The notes under the pieces were generated by a model, which was not told the DNA's origin, did not search any database, and saw only the letters and a program-made list of their open reading frames with translations. A stretch of 60,298 nt of DNA, the filler included, from Hausera hauseri (taxonomy: Eukaryota): NCBI GenBank assembly GCA_046269625.1. It is 10 parts of 10 records of this genome, joined end to end, with 100 filler letters (N's around TTAATTAATTAA, not from the genome) between each part and the next. Parts side by side here need not be neighbours in the genome. Positions count along the whole stretch, not along the records: positions 20,558 to 28,224 come from JBJURY010001681.1; positions 28,325 to 32,751 come from JBJURY010587778.1; positions 32,852 to 37,163 come from JBJURY010641885.1; positions 37,264 to 41,800 come from JBJURY010536898.1; 6 more parts are not named here. One strand, given 5' to 3'. A program made the position numbers and the translations under genes. Positions 25,705-37,382 of the stretch are shown here, in pieces. The number at the start of each line of letters is the position of its first letter. Within the stretch, counting starts at the first letter, position 1.

Positions 25705-26170
25705 TACTGACGATGTTTACGTACAAAGTTGAACTAATATTTCGATTATATTCATAATCCAATCATTTGTTTTTGAATGACTTGTCGATGACTTTAATGA
25801 TAAATACGGTCAAAGGTGAATTCGATGATTTACTTTATGTCAATTGATGAAATTTAAATTTCAGACAGACAAGTAATTGAAAAAGTGTTTAAAGTACTAG
25901 GATTTTGAAAGTAAAAGACCGGTAATGTTAATCGAAAATTAACCGAGTAGTTGATTTGTAAACATGGTAAAAAATCCGAACTTAAAATTTATAGCTTCGA
26001 ACAATTTGTAGTATATAAATCTAACTATCGTTGTTTATATTTTTGAGTAAAACTAAAGAAACTAATGTCCGAAAAATGCTTTCAATATCCGCATTGTGAA
26101 GGTAAAGGTAATATTTACGTAGAATGAAGAAATATTAGTGATGCAATTTATAATTAGATTGAATACATTG

Positions 26171-26722
26171 TAGGATTTTTTAAGAAATTCTCAGAGACGT
26201 TCACAACATAATACCTATCAATAATGTAAATTTTTTTGTCAACGAATTCAAAATAAAGCATTTGAAGCTTTCAAATGTGACAACTTTTCGCACTTGTTCA
26301 GGTCTCTCCCCACCATGTTTAGGAGTTTTGAAAATTTTCGAGTTTATGTTTTTTAAACATTTTATTTATTGCGTTTTCTTGAATTTCTGTAAATTCAAAA
26401 TGTATTCATTAGTACACGAGTAATCCCATAACATAGACTGAATATTAGATGTATATTTTTTATTTCAGTAGAACATCAAGCAAACACTATTAATCGAATG
26501 TTAAAAAATTTTTAATTCGAGATAATTAACGAAGATTTTGTCAAAATTTAAAATTTCTAAACGTAGTGGGGGTGGGGGTTGGGGGACTTGAACAAGTGCT
26601 AAAAGCTGTCGTATTCAGAAGCTCCAATAGTGTTATTTTGACTTCTTTGGCAACGTTTTTTTTATTATTAATCAGCACTATATCTTGCATGTTTCTGACA
26701 ATTTCATATTAAAATCCCTGTA
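26171..26722. mobile_element. Palindromic foldback/MITE-like element
   Basis: The left arm (e.g. TTTTCGCACTTGTTCA ~26285) is the reverse complement of the right arm (TGAACAAGTGCTAAAAG ~26589). The right end ...AAAATCCCTGTA resembles Tc1/mariner-type TA-CAGGG termini. Confidence 0.6.
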
Positions 26723-27240
26723 TAACAGCTAAAAACGTTCCCTTGTTAGTAAAATATAAAAATGAAAATTTTATGAAATTTCAAAATTCCTCTGAATATT
26801 ACGGAAAAATTGAAGAAGTGCAAAATTATGTAACATTTAGAATCCCATGTAATTACTCGCTATTTGTCGACACTGACTTCTAGTGTGATGTAAATAAAAT
26901 ACTTCATGGGAAAAATTGACGATTCCCAATGCATAGATTAAACCATTTTTTGTACACACCATTTCTATTAAACAATATTTTATCTGGTGTGCTAAACTAT
27001 TGTTGGGAAAAAATTGTTAAAACACAGCTTACGTAGGAAATTACACGCTTGATATGTTAATCAGTCCCAGTCTGTTTACTGACAAATAGTAGTATAGGCA
27101 ATATATTGGGAATGTCAGGAATATATGAGTATGATAGGGAATAGAGAGGGATTATATCAGGGGATTTGAACAAGCGCGAAATGCTGTTACATTTAAAAGC
27201 TCAAAATGCGTTTTTTGGAATTTTCAGCAAATGTTTCTCA

Positions 27241-28178
27241 TCGTCACAACAATTTCTAAAAATTTAAGATTCAAATTATCTTAGAGCATTCAAATCGAAA
27301 TATTCAGAGTCATGTATTCAACAAATTTAGTAAAACTATCATGAGCAGTTAGCTGGTCGCAAAAAATATTCACTAAAATTAGTAAAAATGCATTCAGAAG
27401 TTTCCTGTCGTAAACAACCAAATAAGACCATTTCACAGACTTTTTGTCACAACAATTTCTAAAACTTAAGATTCAAATTATCATGGCATTCAAATCAAAA
27501 TATTCAGACTCTTCTGCCCCTTAAAATTGCTAAAATTACCTTGAACAATTACTGGTCGTAAATATTTAAGATTCAAATTATGTTAGCATTCAAATCGAAA
27601 TATTTAAATTCTTGCACTCGTTAAAATTAGTAAAAATACATTGAGAATTTTCTGGTTGTAAACTACCAAATATGACCATTTTACAGACTTTTCGTTACAA
27701 CAATTTCTAAAAGTTAAAAACTAAATTATCTTAGCATTCAAATCGAAATATTTAGAGCCATATATTCAATAAAATTAGTAAAATACCTTGAGCAGTTATC
27801 TGGTTGTAAACAACCAAATAAAACCATTTAACGCACCTTTCGTCACATCAATTTCAAAAATTTAATATATTCCAGTTATATTGGCATTCAAATCAAAACA
27901 TTCAGATTATTGTACTCGTGAAAATAAGTAAAAATACCTTGAGCAATTTCTCGTCGTAGAAATTTAAGATTCAAGTCAGATTTGCATTCAAATCGAAATA
28001 TGCAGAGACATGTATTCAATAAAATTAGTAAAAATACCTTGAGCAGTTATCTGGTCGTAAAAATATTCATCAATATTAGTAAAAATACCTTGAGCAATTT
28101 CTGATCGTAAACAACCAAATAAAACCATTTTACAGACTTTTCGTCACAACAATGTCTAAAAGTTTAAGATTCAAATTA
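27241..28178 (+). repeat. AT-rich composite minisatellite with irregular ~100-250 bp units
   Basis: Recurrent blocks TCGTCACAACAATTTCTAAAA, TTAAGATTCAAATTA, GCATTCAAATCGAAATAT, TTAGTAAAAATACCTTGAGCA and GTAAACAACCAAATAA.ACCATTT occur 4-7 times each. Confidence 0.9.
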
Positions 28179-28324
28179 CACAAATGCTGAAAATCCCATT
28201 ATGAGCGTAATAAATAAACTAATGNNNNNNNNNNNNNNNNNNNNNNNNNNNNNNNNNNNNNNNNNNNNTTAATTAATTAANNNNNNNNNNNNNNNNNNNN
28301 NNNNNNNNNNNNNNNNNNNNNNNN

Positions 28325-29862
28325 TGATGATAACTATGAGTGAGTGCGAATATGATAATGGCGAATGTGATACTGGAGAATCGAAAATGACATGGGAAAC
28401 CTCGGCAAGTAAATGTCAGTTAACGCTGCTAAAAGAAGGAAAGTTTAACAAAACAGTAGGAAAACGGCGGAAAAAGAAACAGCTACATATAAAGAAGGAA
28501 CAAAGGAAGTCAAGATGGCAGAAGTGGCTACAATTGTATATTCGGAAAACCCAGAAGAAATGACGCGATTCAAAATCACTGGAGTAGCAAATAAGTGTAG
28601 CGAAGAAATATCAAAAACCAACTATAAGTGTATATTCTTACCGAGAAAAGAAATACCCCGTGCGAAAACCAAAATAGACAAGAAAGATATAAAGCTAACA
28701 CAATATTTCGATAACAAGATCGATTTTCTAATCAATTACGTAAGGAAAGAAATTAGAGGTTTATATCGAGAAATAATAATGAATGAGTGCAAATTGAACT
28801 ATAAAATAATGCGTAATAAAATGGCATTGGTAATAACGAATCCCGACATGGTAGCGCCAGTAATGCCCTTTGGCGATGGAATTATTGGAAGAGTGATGGA
28901 CTGATAACAATAGAATGCAAAAAGGTGGAAGGATCAATGAGGCCAGTAGACGAATGTACAATGGAATTACCCGTAGTTTATCACTCAGAAGCGCGATATG
29001 TTATGCCTGTGACTAGGATATTAATAGATATTAATGTAAAGTCTACTGTACTATACAATTGCACTTTTAATATGCCGCCAATGTTTAAGATCGACAACGA
29101 CAAATGGATTAGAATGCCAAAAAGAGAACTAGTGTCTAAACCGGAGATGTTAAGTTTGATTAATTTGCAAAGGAATCAGAAATTTGAACCGTTGACAGGA
29201 ATATCACAAGGAGGAATCTATACCCAACAAAATCTAGAAGACTATTGACGAATGTTGTTATTCCCACAACAAAGACAACTAGTTATAACAGAACTAACCA
29301 GGAGAGTAATGTGGGATGTCGAAGGATCACCACAATGGGAAAACCTAATGGGGAAGGATTATCTAAAGAAAGTAACAAGAAATATTATGGAGATGTGGGG
29401 AAAGTTCCTATATTTTGGCCAAGCAGCTTCCGGTTTTCTAGATATATATTTTTTATTAGCACCTTACGGACAATATTTACGGCACTAGCATATGGAATAC
29501 ATGCAGCAGTAGGATGCTCATGGAAAATTCTAATAGCCGTAACACCGGCAGTAGTCAGTTGTTTCCTAGCAAACCACGACACACTATGGAAAAGGAAGAT
29601 TCTACAAAGGAAAGATGGAAAAGATTCCCCGTATAGCATACCTGATGATAACGATATTGAATGTGATCAAGTAAAAGTAAAAGCTAAACATAGACGAATG
29701 ACCGGTATTAAACAAGTAGTGCTTAAGACACGAAAGCCGAAGTATAGACAGAAGTTAATAACTGATTTACCCCATCTAGATCCCGTAGATGAATACCATG
29801 GAGAGTTATATAACGAGCAACAATTAGTGAATCCTTCAGCTCCCCGATACGTAGTGCATACA
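28325..29862 (+). pseudogene. env: Chuvirus-like / gB-type envelope glycoprotein, C-terminal half, membrane anchor and tail
   Basis: CEYDNGECDTGESKMTW...C, YFDNKIDFL, C.L..KIMRNKMALVITNP, GIIGRV, C.KV....RPVDECTMELPVVY, P.TRIL, C....PPMFKI...W, GGIYT, LLFPQQR, WGKFLYFGQAASGFL plus a hydrophobic stretch, and a tail with PSAP. Confidence 0.85.
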
Positions 29863-29959
29863 NNNNNNNNNNAACAAAATTTTGACGAAAATGTGATACA
29901 CAATAAACGTGAATCTACGTATAAAACTTATGATAAAAATGAACAACAACAACCACCTA

Positions 29960-32751
29960 TAAGGCCAGAAAGGGAGATAGAGGTGAATTGATACCCAATG
30001 ACGGCTTTGCTAGACACTGGATCTACAACGACGATAATGGGAAGAAGCCAATTACCAAAAGAGTTAACAAAAAACTACGAAGACCGACAACTACCTTTGT
30101 GAATGTAGGAGCATTCGTCACAGAAGAGGAAATTAAGATGGTCTTAGATGCCAAAGTTAAGATCGGTGAACAGATTGTGAAACAAACTATACGGATAGCA
30201 CATAATCTGACTAACGAGATTCTAATTGGATGTGATATACTAAACCAATTGGAAAATGTTTATATAGGTGTGAAAACATGCCAACTTAAGACGTTCAATG
30301 GAGATCGTAACGAGAGAATGGTTTCTCTAACAAGAGACATCACGATTCCACCACGATCAGAGATAGTGGTACCTGGAGAAATAGAAAGTCGTGCATACCG
30401 GTGGTTACATATTTTCAACCATTCCCACAGGTTATGGAAAAATTTGAAGTCCTAATCGCCCGTCACGCAGACAAATTAAGAGACGGAAAAGTCCTCTTAC
30501 GAATTTGTAATACAACAAACAAAGAAAAACGATTACAGAAGGATATTAGACTGGAAAAAGTAACAATCACTGAAGAAATAATAAAAGAAGAAAATTGCTC
30601 AATAATTTCAGATGTAAATAAAATAGAAAAGATAATGACAGAAAAACTGAAAAGGAAATCAGACGGAGACAAAAGAAGAAAGAAAACCACGAACATCAAT
30701 TGGAATGAGAGGTTACAAAAATGTAAAATCTTAAATAAGAAAGAGAAGGAGATGCTAATCGAATTGTTGGAAAAGAATAACAGTCAATTTGCACAAACTG
30801 ATTATGATCTAGGCACAATGAAAATAATACAGCATACCATTAAGTTAAAAGAAGGGACAAGATAAACCAATTAAGAAAAGACCATATTGATTAGCATACG
30901 ATAAAAAAACAGGAAGCGAGTAAAATAATAAACGAAACGAGAGAAAACAAGATAATTCGACCAAGTTGTTCCCCATGGACAGCGCCAGTGGTAATGGTCA
31001 AAAAGAAAGACGGAACTATGATATTTTGCATAGATTATAGAGCATTAAACGAAATAACGGAGACGGATACATATCAATTACCAAGAATTGACGAAATACT
31101 AGATAAACTACACGGATCGACAATATTCTCAACCATCGATTTACAAAAGGGTTACTGGCAAGTGGAGGTGAAAGATGAAGACAAACCAAAGACAGCCTTC
31201 TCAATTAGAGAAGGGCTATGGAAATTTAATAGGATGCCATTTGGACTAAAGAATGGACCGCCAACATTTCAGAGAGGGACCGAACTCCTGCTGTTAGATG
31301 CCCCACATGCCATGGTATATATAGATGACGTAATAATAGTTCCACCAAATTTTCAACATCTAAGGGATCTACAAGATCTCTTCGATAGATGCGAAATAAT
31401 GGGTCCAAAAATAAACCCAAAATGTTCATTTGCTCAAACGGAAGTAGACTTTCTCGGGAACAGAATAGATAGAGATGGTGTAAAACTGCAAGACAAGCTG
31501 TTAGGAAAAATAAGAGATTTCCCAAAGCCAGGTACAGTTAAAGAATTACGTCAATTTTTAGGTTTGGCAAACTATTACCGAAGATTTATAAAGGATTTTA
31601 GCAAAATTGTGAAGCCCTTGTATGAATTAATACGTGTAGACTTAGATAAAGTTATTTAGACGAATGAATGTGAAAAAGCTTTTGAATATTTAAAAGATAA
31701 ACTGTTAACTGCTCCTATATTAATCTATCCTGATATGATCAAACCATTTATTTTAGCAACAGACGCAAGTGATTATGGTGTAGAAGTGTTGTCACAAAAG
31801 GGTGAAGACCGTAAGGAACATCCAGTAGCTTACGCTTCACAAAAAATCAATAAACACCAGAAGTATGCGGTAATTGAAAAAGAACTATTGGCAGTAATAT
31901 TTTTCTTGGAAGTATTTTCGTCCTATATTAGTGCAAATAAACCTTTGATAATCTACACAGATCATAGACCACTTCAATGGTTAAAACAACATGAAAATCC
32001 AAATAGTAGACTACTACGATGGACTCTAAAGTTGCAGCCATATACACTGAATTTCCAGTATAAGCCTGGAACACGAAACGCAAGTGCGGATTACCTATTC
32101 AGAATACCCAATAAACCAGAAACAGAGAAAGCAGTAGTCGCAGCCGTATGGAGGATGGATGGATCCGTAGAAAAAATCAAGGCAAATCAAAATGAAGATA
32201 CTGAAATAAAAGCCATTAGAAATATATAAAAGATAAAACCATGTCAGCTGACAGGGAATTAGCTCGCCATCTGGCCAGATTCAGTGAAGCTTATGAAGAG
32301 AAAGAAGGATTTTTATACTTCGTTCACCAAAACAGACCCGCTTTAGTAATTCACAAGAAAAATAGAACAGTTTTGTTAACTCAATGCCATAATGGACTAC
32401 TTGGTGGACATCAATCAGCAAACAAAACACTTAATAAGTTTGAACGAAAATACTTTTGGCCGACGATAACGAAAGATGTACAGGATTGGTGTGACAGTTG
32501 TAATTTATGTGCTATCCTGAAGAACACGGGAACCAAATACAAAGCACCTCTCAAAGTATAGGACAACCCTCCGGCACCATTTGAGTTTACCGCAATGGAT
32601 ATAACAGGACCACTACCGTTAACACGGAATGGAAAAAGATATATCCTAGACATTATTGACTATTTCACTAGATGGGTTGTTGTCCTACCAATGGCTTATA
32701 TGAAGGCAGATACAATCGCTAAAAAATTTGTGGAAAATATAGTATTTAATT
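29960..32751 (+). mobile_element. pol: Gypsy pol: protease - dUTPase-like spacer - RT - RNase H - integrase (truncated)
   Basis: RPEREIEVN*YPMTALLDTGS (LLDTG at 30007-30021), ILIGCDIL, ITIPPRSE, FCIDYRALN, MPFGLKNGP, YIDD (~31318), FLGLANYYRRFI, LATDAS, EKELLA, TDHRPL, integrase H..LLGGH..C..C and IIDYFTRW. Confidence 0.93.
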
Positions 32752-32990
32752 NNNNNNNNNNNNNNNNNNNNNNNNNNNNNNNNNNNNNNNNNNNNTTAAT
32801 TAATTAANNNNNNNNNNNNNNNNNNNNNNNNNNNNNNNNNNNNNNNNNNNNGGAAAAAAATCAGAGATTGCTTTAATAGACTTTTAGGGGAGGAAGTCTG
32901 AGAAATATGTAAATACTATATTATGAAGTTTGGACTTTCATATAAAGTTTAGAAGTACACTACATAAGAATATGATCTCCAAAATATATA

Positions 32991-34285
32991 TATTGCATGG
33001 TTATAAGTAAATGGACACTACAAAAATGTCGACAGTAGAGTTTTATAATAAAACACAAATTGTACAGTGACAGTTTACTTCACATGACGCATTATTGTGT
33101 GTATTGTATGTTGTAGGTGTTAATTAATTTTTACAAATGCAAATTTTGATTCCTTACTTCATTTTCGTATTGTCATTGTCATTATCCTTCCTTCATTTAA
33201 ATCCTTTTTTTATTCTGTCATTTCCATTTGCATTATGTCTCGCACAGCTGGTGCTAATGGAATATCGGATTTTATAACAGGTCGTATTGTTGGACAGTGG
33301 GAAACAGGAAGGTCTCAACACAATATTGTCGCTTCATTGAATATTCCTGTTTCCACAATTAACAATGTCGTTAGCCAATTTCGTCGTGGATGGCCAAAAC
33401 GAATTCAACGCTTTCTTCGAAACATCAGACGAAGTATTGAATGTAATCTTCGTCAATCTGCTACGCAAATCGCACAAGAAGCTTCTGTGTCTGTAAAAAC
33501 AGCTCGACGTTATTTGAAAAAATTTGGCGACAGCGGGAGAGTAGCAAAACGAAAGTCTTTACTGTCTGCAACGAATTTCACAAAACGTTTATCCTGAGCG
33601 AGGTAGGCGAGTCACAAACCTAACGCTTTCTGGCAAAGCGTCATCTTTAGTGATGAAAATTCCTTTCAGCAATACCCTTCTGGAGGCCGTACCTGAGTCT
33701 GACATCGTCCCAACCAAAAATTTCAAAACAAGCGTCTCCGGCCAACTGTGAAACACAGTTTTAGTGTTTTGGTGTGGGGAGCTATTTGTTGGAATGCGAG
33801 ATCAGATCTGATACGTTGTCCAGGTTCAATAAATTCAATAGCTTATTATCAACTACTTCAAGTTGGGCTTCTTTCCGCCTACCAAGTTGGAAGTATTGTA
33901 CAAGAAAATTTTCTCTTCATGCAAGACAGCGGGCCTTCCAACGCCGCTTGAGCAACCAATGCATGGCTGGGACACAAAAACATTTCATGCTTAAATTGGA
34001 CTGCTCAGTCACCGAATATAAATCCGATTGAGTCACTGTGGTTTATTTTGGATCAAGCAATGCCAAAACGAGAAGGCACGCCAAAATTTGCTGATTGTCA
34101 ATTCTATGCTCTTAAAAAGGAATGGGCAGCGTTCCCACAAGCCAAAATCACTAAGTTTATCCAGTATATACCAGAACGTGTATATGAACTGTTAAATGCC
34201 AAAGGAATATCAACTAAGTATTAAAGTATGCATTTTATGTCTGCATATTGTCATTTTCTAGGGTGTCCGTTTACTTATGATCAGC
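32991..34285 (+). mobile_element. Tc1/mariner DNA transposon with decayed transposase (33235-34224)
   Basis: TIRs ATAAGTAAATGGACAC (left, ~33003) and GTGTCCGTTTACTTAT (right, ~34263). Transposase motifs: HTH N-terminus, WQSVIFSDE, VLVWGAI, FMQDSGP, SPNINPIESLW, NAKG..TKY*. Confidence 0.9.
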
Positions 34286-34359
34286 TTCACCGCACTTTTC
34301 TGATTGGTCAGTTGACCAGTAAGCACTCCACTGCACTTCTCTTATTGGTCAGTTGACTG

Positions 34360-34880
34360 GTTTTCCCCACCTGATTGGCTATTTATAGCATTTCGAAAAT
34401 TTTCTCACGACCTCCCCCTCGGGAAGAAGCTTTGGACATCGGACCGACTCAGATCGGTAGAGCTCGACGAGCTGAGCAAAAGTTAATAGCGGTGCGGCTT
34501 ACAGAAATGTAAGTCAGAGGCGCTAGAAGAGGAAAAAGCAAAACAAGAAATGCTCCACGTGTAACGCGAAACATGTTGCTAGCACTGATAAAATGTGTAC
34601 AAAGAGTAAATCAATGTTGGCGAATCTAATGGATATAGTTGCAACTCAATTAGACAATGGAAACATTGGGAAAAATCGATGGGAAAATTTCAAATGCGGA
34701 AAATTTCCACTTACACAAGTCAAACGGCGGTGTAAATAGGTTGAACATATAGCCCATCAAAAGTTGAGCATTTCATATTCTACTCGCCACACGATTAGAC
34801 GAAAGGATCCAGGTGAAAATGGCAACCGAACGAACAAACGAACCGAAAAAACGCATCGTTAAAATTCTATATCATAGTAG
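34360..34880 (+). mobile_element. Unexpanded copy of the GAAC-microsatellite-bearing element
   Basis: Colinear with 7273-7740. Carries only CGAACGAACAAACGAACCGAAAAAAC before GCATCGTTAAAATTCTATATCATAGTAG. Confidence 0.6.
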
Positions 34881-34967
34881 GGGAAAAAAGAGCGCTCTGG
34901 GCCAAGAGGGGGTCCACCCACGCACCGATCGACTAATCAGAAGCGGCTCGCATGCTGATTGGTCAAT

Positions 34968-35560
34968 TCGACAACAGCCAGTTCAGTGGTGCGGTCGAAT
35001 TTTGCGTGTCACAAAACACAAAGCCGGAAAATGCAAAAGAAAAAAGTGAACTTTTTCCTTAAGCAAAATTTGAGCAGGGATGAATAGGAAAAAGTGTAGA
35101 ATAGAGTACGGGCGTTCGAATGATGTTGGAAACATGAGGTTCGCATGTCTACGAAAAGCGGGAAAGTCGGTGAAAGAGAAGAAGAAGAAGAAAATGTGGC
35201 GCCAATGGAAATGCAGGTGGAACCATTGATGTTAGCACCGGTTTGTGATCACATCGACAGCGGTGAGTTTAATGGTGCGGTCGATTTTTGCGTGTCGCAA
35301 AAGACAAAGTCGGGAAATGAAAAAGAAAAAAAGAAACAAAATTTGAGTAGGGAAAGTGTAGAGTAGAGTACGGGGGCGTTTTAATGATGTGAAAAACATG
35401 GGGGTGGTTCGTCTGTTTGGGAAAAGTTGGTCAAAAGAGAGGAAAAGGTGGCGCCAATGGAAACGCAGGTGAATCCATTGATGTTAGCGCCAGTAAATAA
35501 TCAAATCGACAACGGCCAGTTCTGTGGTGCGGTCGGATTTGCGTGTCGCGTCGCAGAAGA
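34968..35560 (+). repeat. Tandem repeat, ~250-290 bp unit, about 2.2 copies
   Basis: TCGACA...TGGTGCGGTCG.(A/T)TTTGCGTGTC at ~34968, ~35255 and ~35506. GTGGCGCCAATGGAAA.GCAGGTG and AAGTGTAGA.TAGAGTACGGG each occur twice. Confidence 0.85.
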
Positions 35561-36262
35561 CAAAGCCGGGATACGACGAGTTGACACATGCAATAGTGAG
35601 GCGTGACGTGAAACATGTGTGCGTTACGCGCCAAACATGCCTGCATGCAAAACGAAATAATGAGTTGTAACGTAAAGCGTATGTGTGTGTATCCAAAAGC
35701 TCATATTAATGGAAATGTTGTACTTTTTCTCATGATTCGTTCTATTACTAGTGGTGTAAAGGGCAATGTGTTGAAATAATGGACATTTGATTAGATGTGG
35801 TTTTATTTTGGAGTCATTGTTTTCGCAAAGTCAACAGTACTTGTTAGTAAAGTAATACCAAGATATACACTAACAAATAATTATAAATACCATTGCACTC
35901 AGTTTATCGTCATTTCGTCAAAAATTTGCGATGACAGAAGATGAATGTTAATTTATTTTTATTTTTCTAATAATAATAATGATTATATTAGTAATAATTT
36001 TAATTTCTTTTTATTTAATTTACTCACCATTTCCATACGTGACCTAGTTTTTGGACAACACCTTTCCACACCTACCTCGTTCTGAGTAATGAGAAAACAA
36101 AAAGTTCACATCAAACTTTTATTCTTTCTATATTGTACAATTACTACTACTAGTACTACTACTACTAAATCTTTCGAGTCAATTCGGATTACACAAACCA
36201 CAAGGATTAACCAATTACGGAGAAGAAGAAGAATGATCGAGACCGTCGGAATTAATCATATT

Positions 36263-36643
36263 TCAATATTGCTTCAAGCAACTTTCATCTGCTGACTGCC
36301 ACGTAGGAATGTAATCCGTCTGACTACTACCACTACGTTTGACAAAATGGGTCATAAGTTGACGAGGATTATTATTATCGTCCAACGTCGTCGTCGTCGT
36401 CGGCATTTTTCCACCAAATGGGCAAAAAATCTTACGGAATAAAAATTCCATATCACCAACAACCTGCTTAATATGGCGTAAGTAGGGTTCTCGTGCCCTC
36501 CAATTCTGCTCAGCAATTAGAAGTAGCTCTTCCGGAGACAAATGTTGAGCATTGTTTAAAGGTCGATCGAGATTGTACAGGTGGCTCCAGAGACGGTCGA
36601 ATGAGTGGTATAAGCTAATTAGTTGTGTCGTCAAGTGAGACAT
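36263..36643 (-). CDS. Small hypothetical protein (126 aa), probably virus- or Polinton-derived
   Basis: Intact intronless ATG-to-stop ORF with TATAAATA 39 bp upstream. No recognisable domain. Confidence 0.45.
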   Translation of the reverse strand: MSHLTTQLISLYHSFDRLWSHLYNLDRPLNNAQHLSPEELLLIAEQNWRAREPYLRHIKQVVGDMEFLFRKIFCPFGGKMPTTTTTLDDNNNPRQLMTHFVKRSGSSQTDYIPTWQSADESCLKQY

Positions 36644-36745
36644 TGTATAATCTCATGAGGAGAAGAAGAAAGAAGTACAAGTATTTATACTGAAATGTAG
36701 CTTGAACACACAATAAAAATACGTAACGAAATTATATATTTGTGG

Positions 36746-37024
36746 TTAAATACGATCAATCAACTTTTTCATTACAATACAAAGAGAAGCAGTAAATACA
36801 AATCCAATGAGGAAATTAATTTGTCGTTGTTGGCGTTGTCGTTTTTGTCTCATTTCATCCTTGATACGTTTTACGAAGAGAGATCTGACTAGCAATTCAA
36901 TATATTCTTGCCTGCTCATTATTCTCGTTTCTGACAGCTCACATAGGTATTGAACATCAAACATATGTCCGGTTAAAATATCATCGGTCAATTTCTGAAT
37001 CTCACTTTCTATGTACTCTTCCAT
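36746..37024 (-). CDS. Small hypothetical tail-anchored protein (92 aa), probably virus- or Polinton-derived
   Basis: Intact ORF with C-terminal hydrophobic INFLIGFVFTASLCIVM followed by KK, and TATAAATA 40 bp upstream. Confidence 0.45.
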   Translation of the reverse strand: MEEYIESEIQKLTDDILTGHMFDVQYLCELSETRIMSRQEYIELLVRSLFVKRIKDEMRQKRQRQQRQINFLIGFVFTASLCIVMKKLIDRI

Positions 37025-37263
37025 CTGTCTGTCTGATTTACTTGAGTGACATTGAGTGCTGAATATTTATAGTCGCCCTTAGACCACCACTACCACCATC
37101 CCACCCCACCATAGAAGTATTGTTTATTTTATTTAAAGTATTAATAAGTTAATATATTTTTACNNNNNNNNNNNNNNNNNNNNNNNNNNNNNNNNNNNNN
37201 NNNNNNNTTAATTAATTAANNNNNNNNNNNNNNNNNNNNNNNNNNNNNNNNNNNNNNNNNNNN

Positions 37264-37382
37264 CGATGACGTGTCCTCTTCCCATTCGCCAGTTTCACTT
37301 CCCCTCGATGACGTGTTCTCCTCCTATTGGCTTCCTTCCTTCCCTGGGGGGGTTTGGTGCCAAGTCCTCACTTCTAACTACT
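37264..37382 (-). mobile_element. Polinton/Maverick TIR ending ...CACTTCTAACTACT
   Basis: Reverse complement of 41461-41580 and of the TIR at 15818. Followed by TTCGTG (putative TSD, 37383-37388). Confidence 0.85.

Noticed and set aside
27241-28178. CRISPR-like repeat-spacer array
   Set aside because: The inter-repeat segments are themselves repeated, the repeats are degenerate, there are no cas genes and the context is eukaryotic. It is a composite minisatellite.
1-32751. Contigs 1-6077 and 28325-32751 as two halves of one element
   Set aside because: They lie in separate linker-joined contigs, and their env regions overlap and are highly divergent. They are related families, not one copy.
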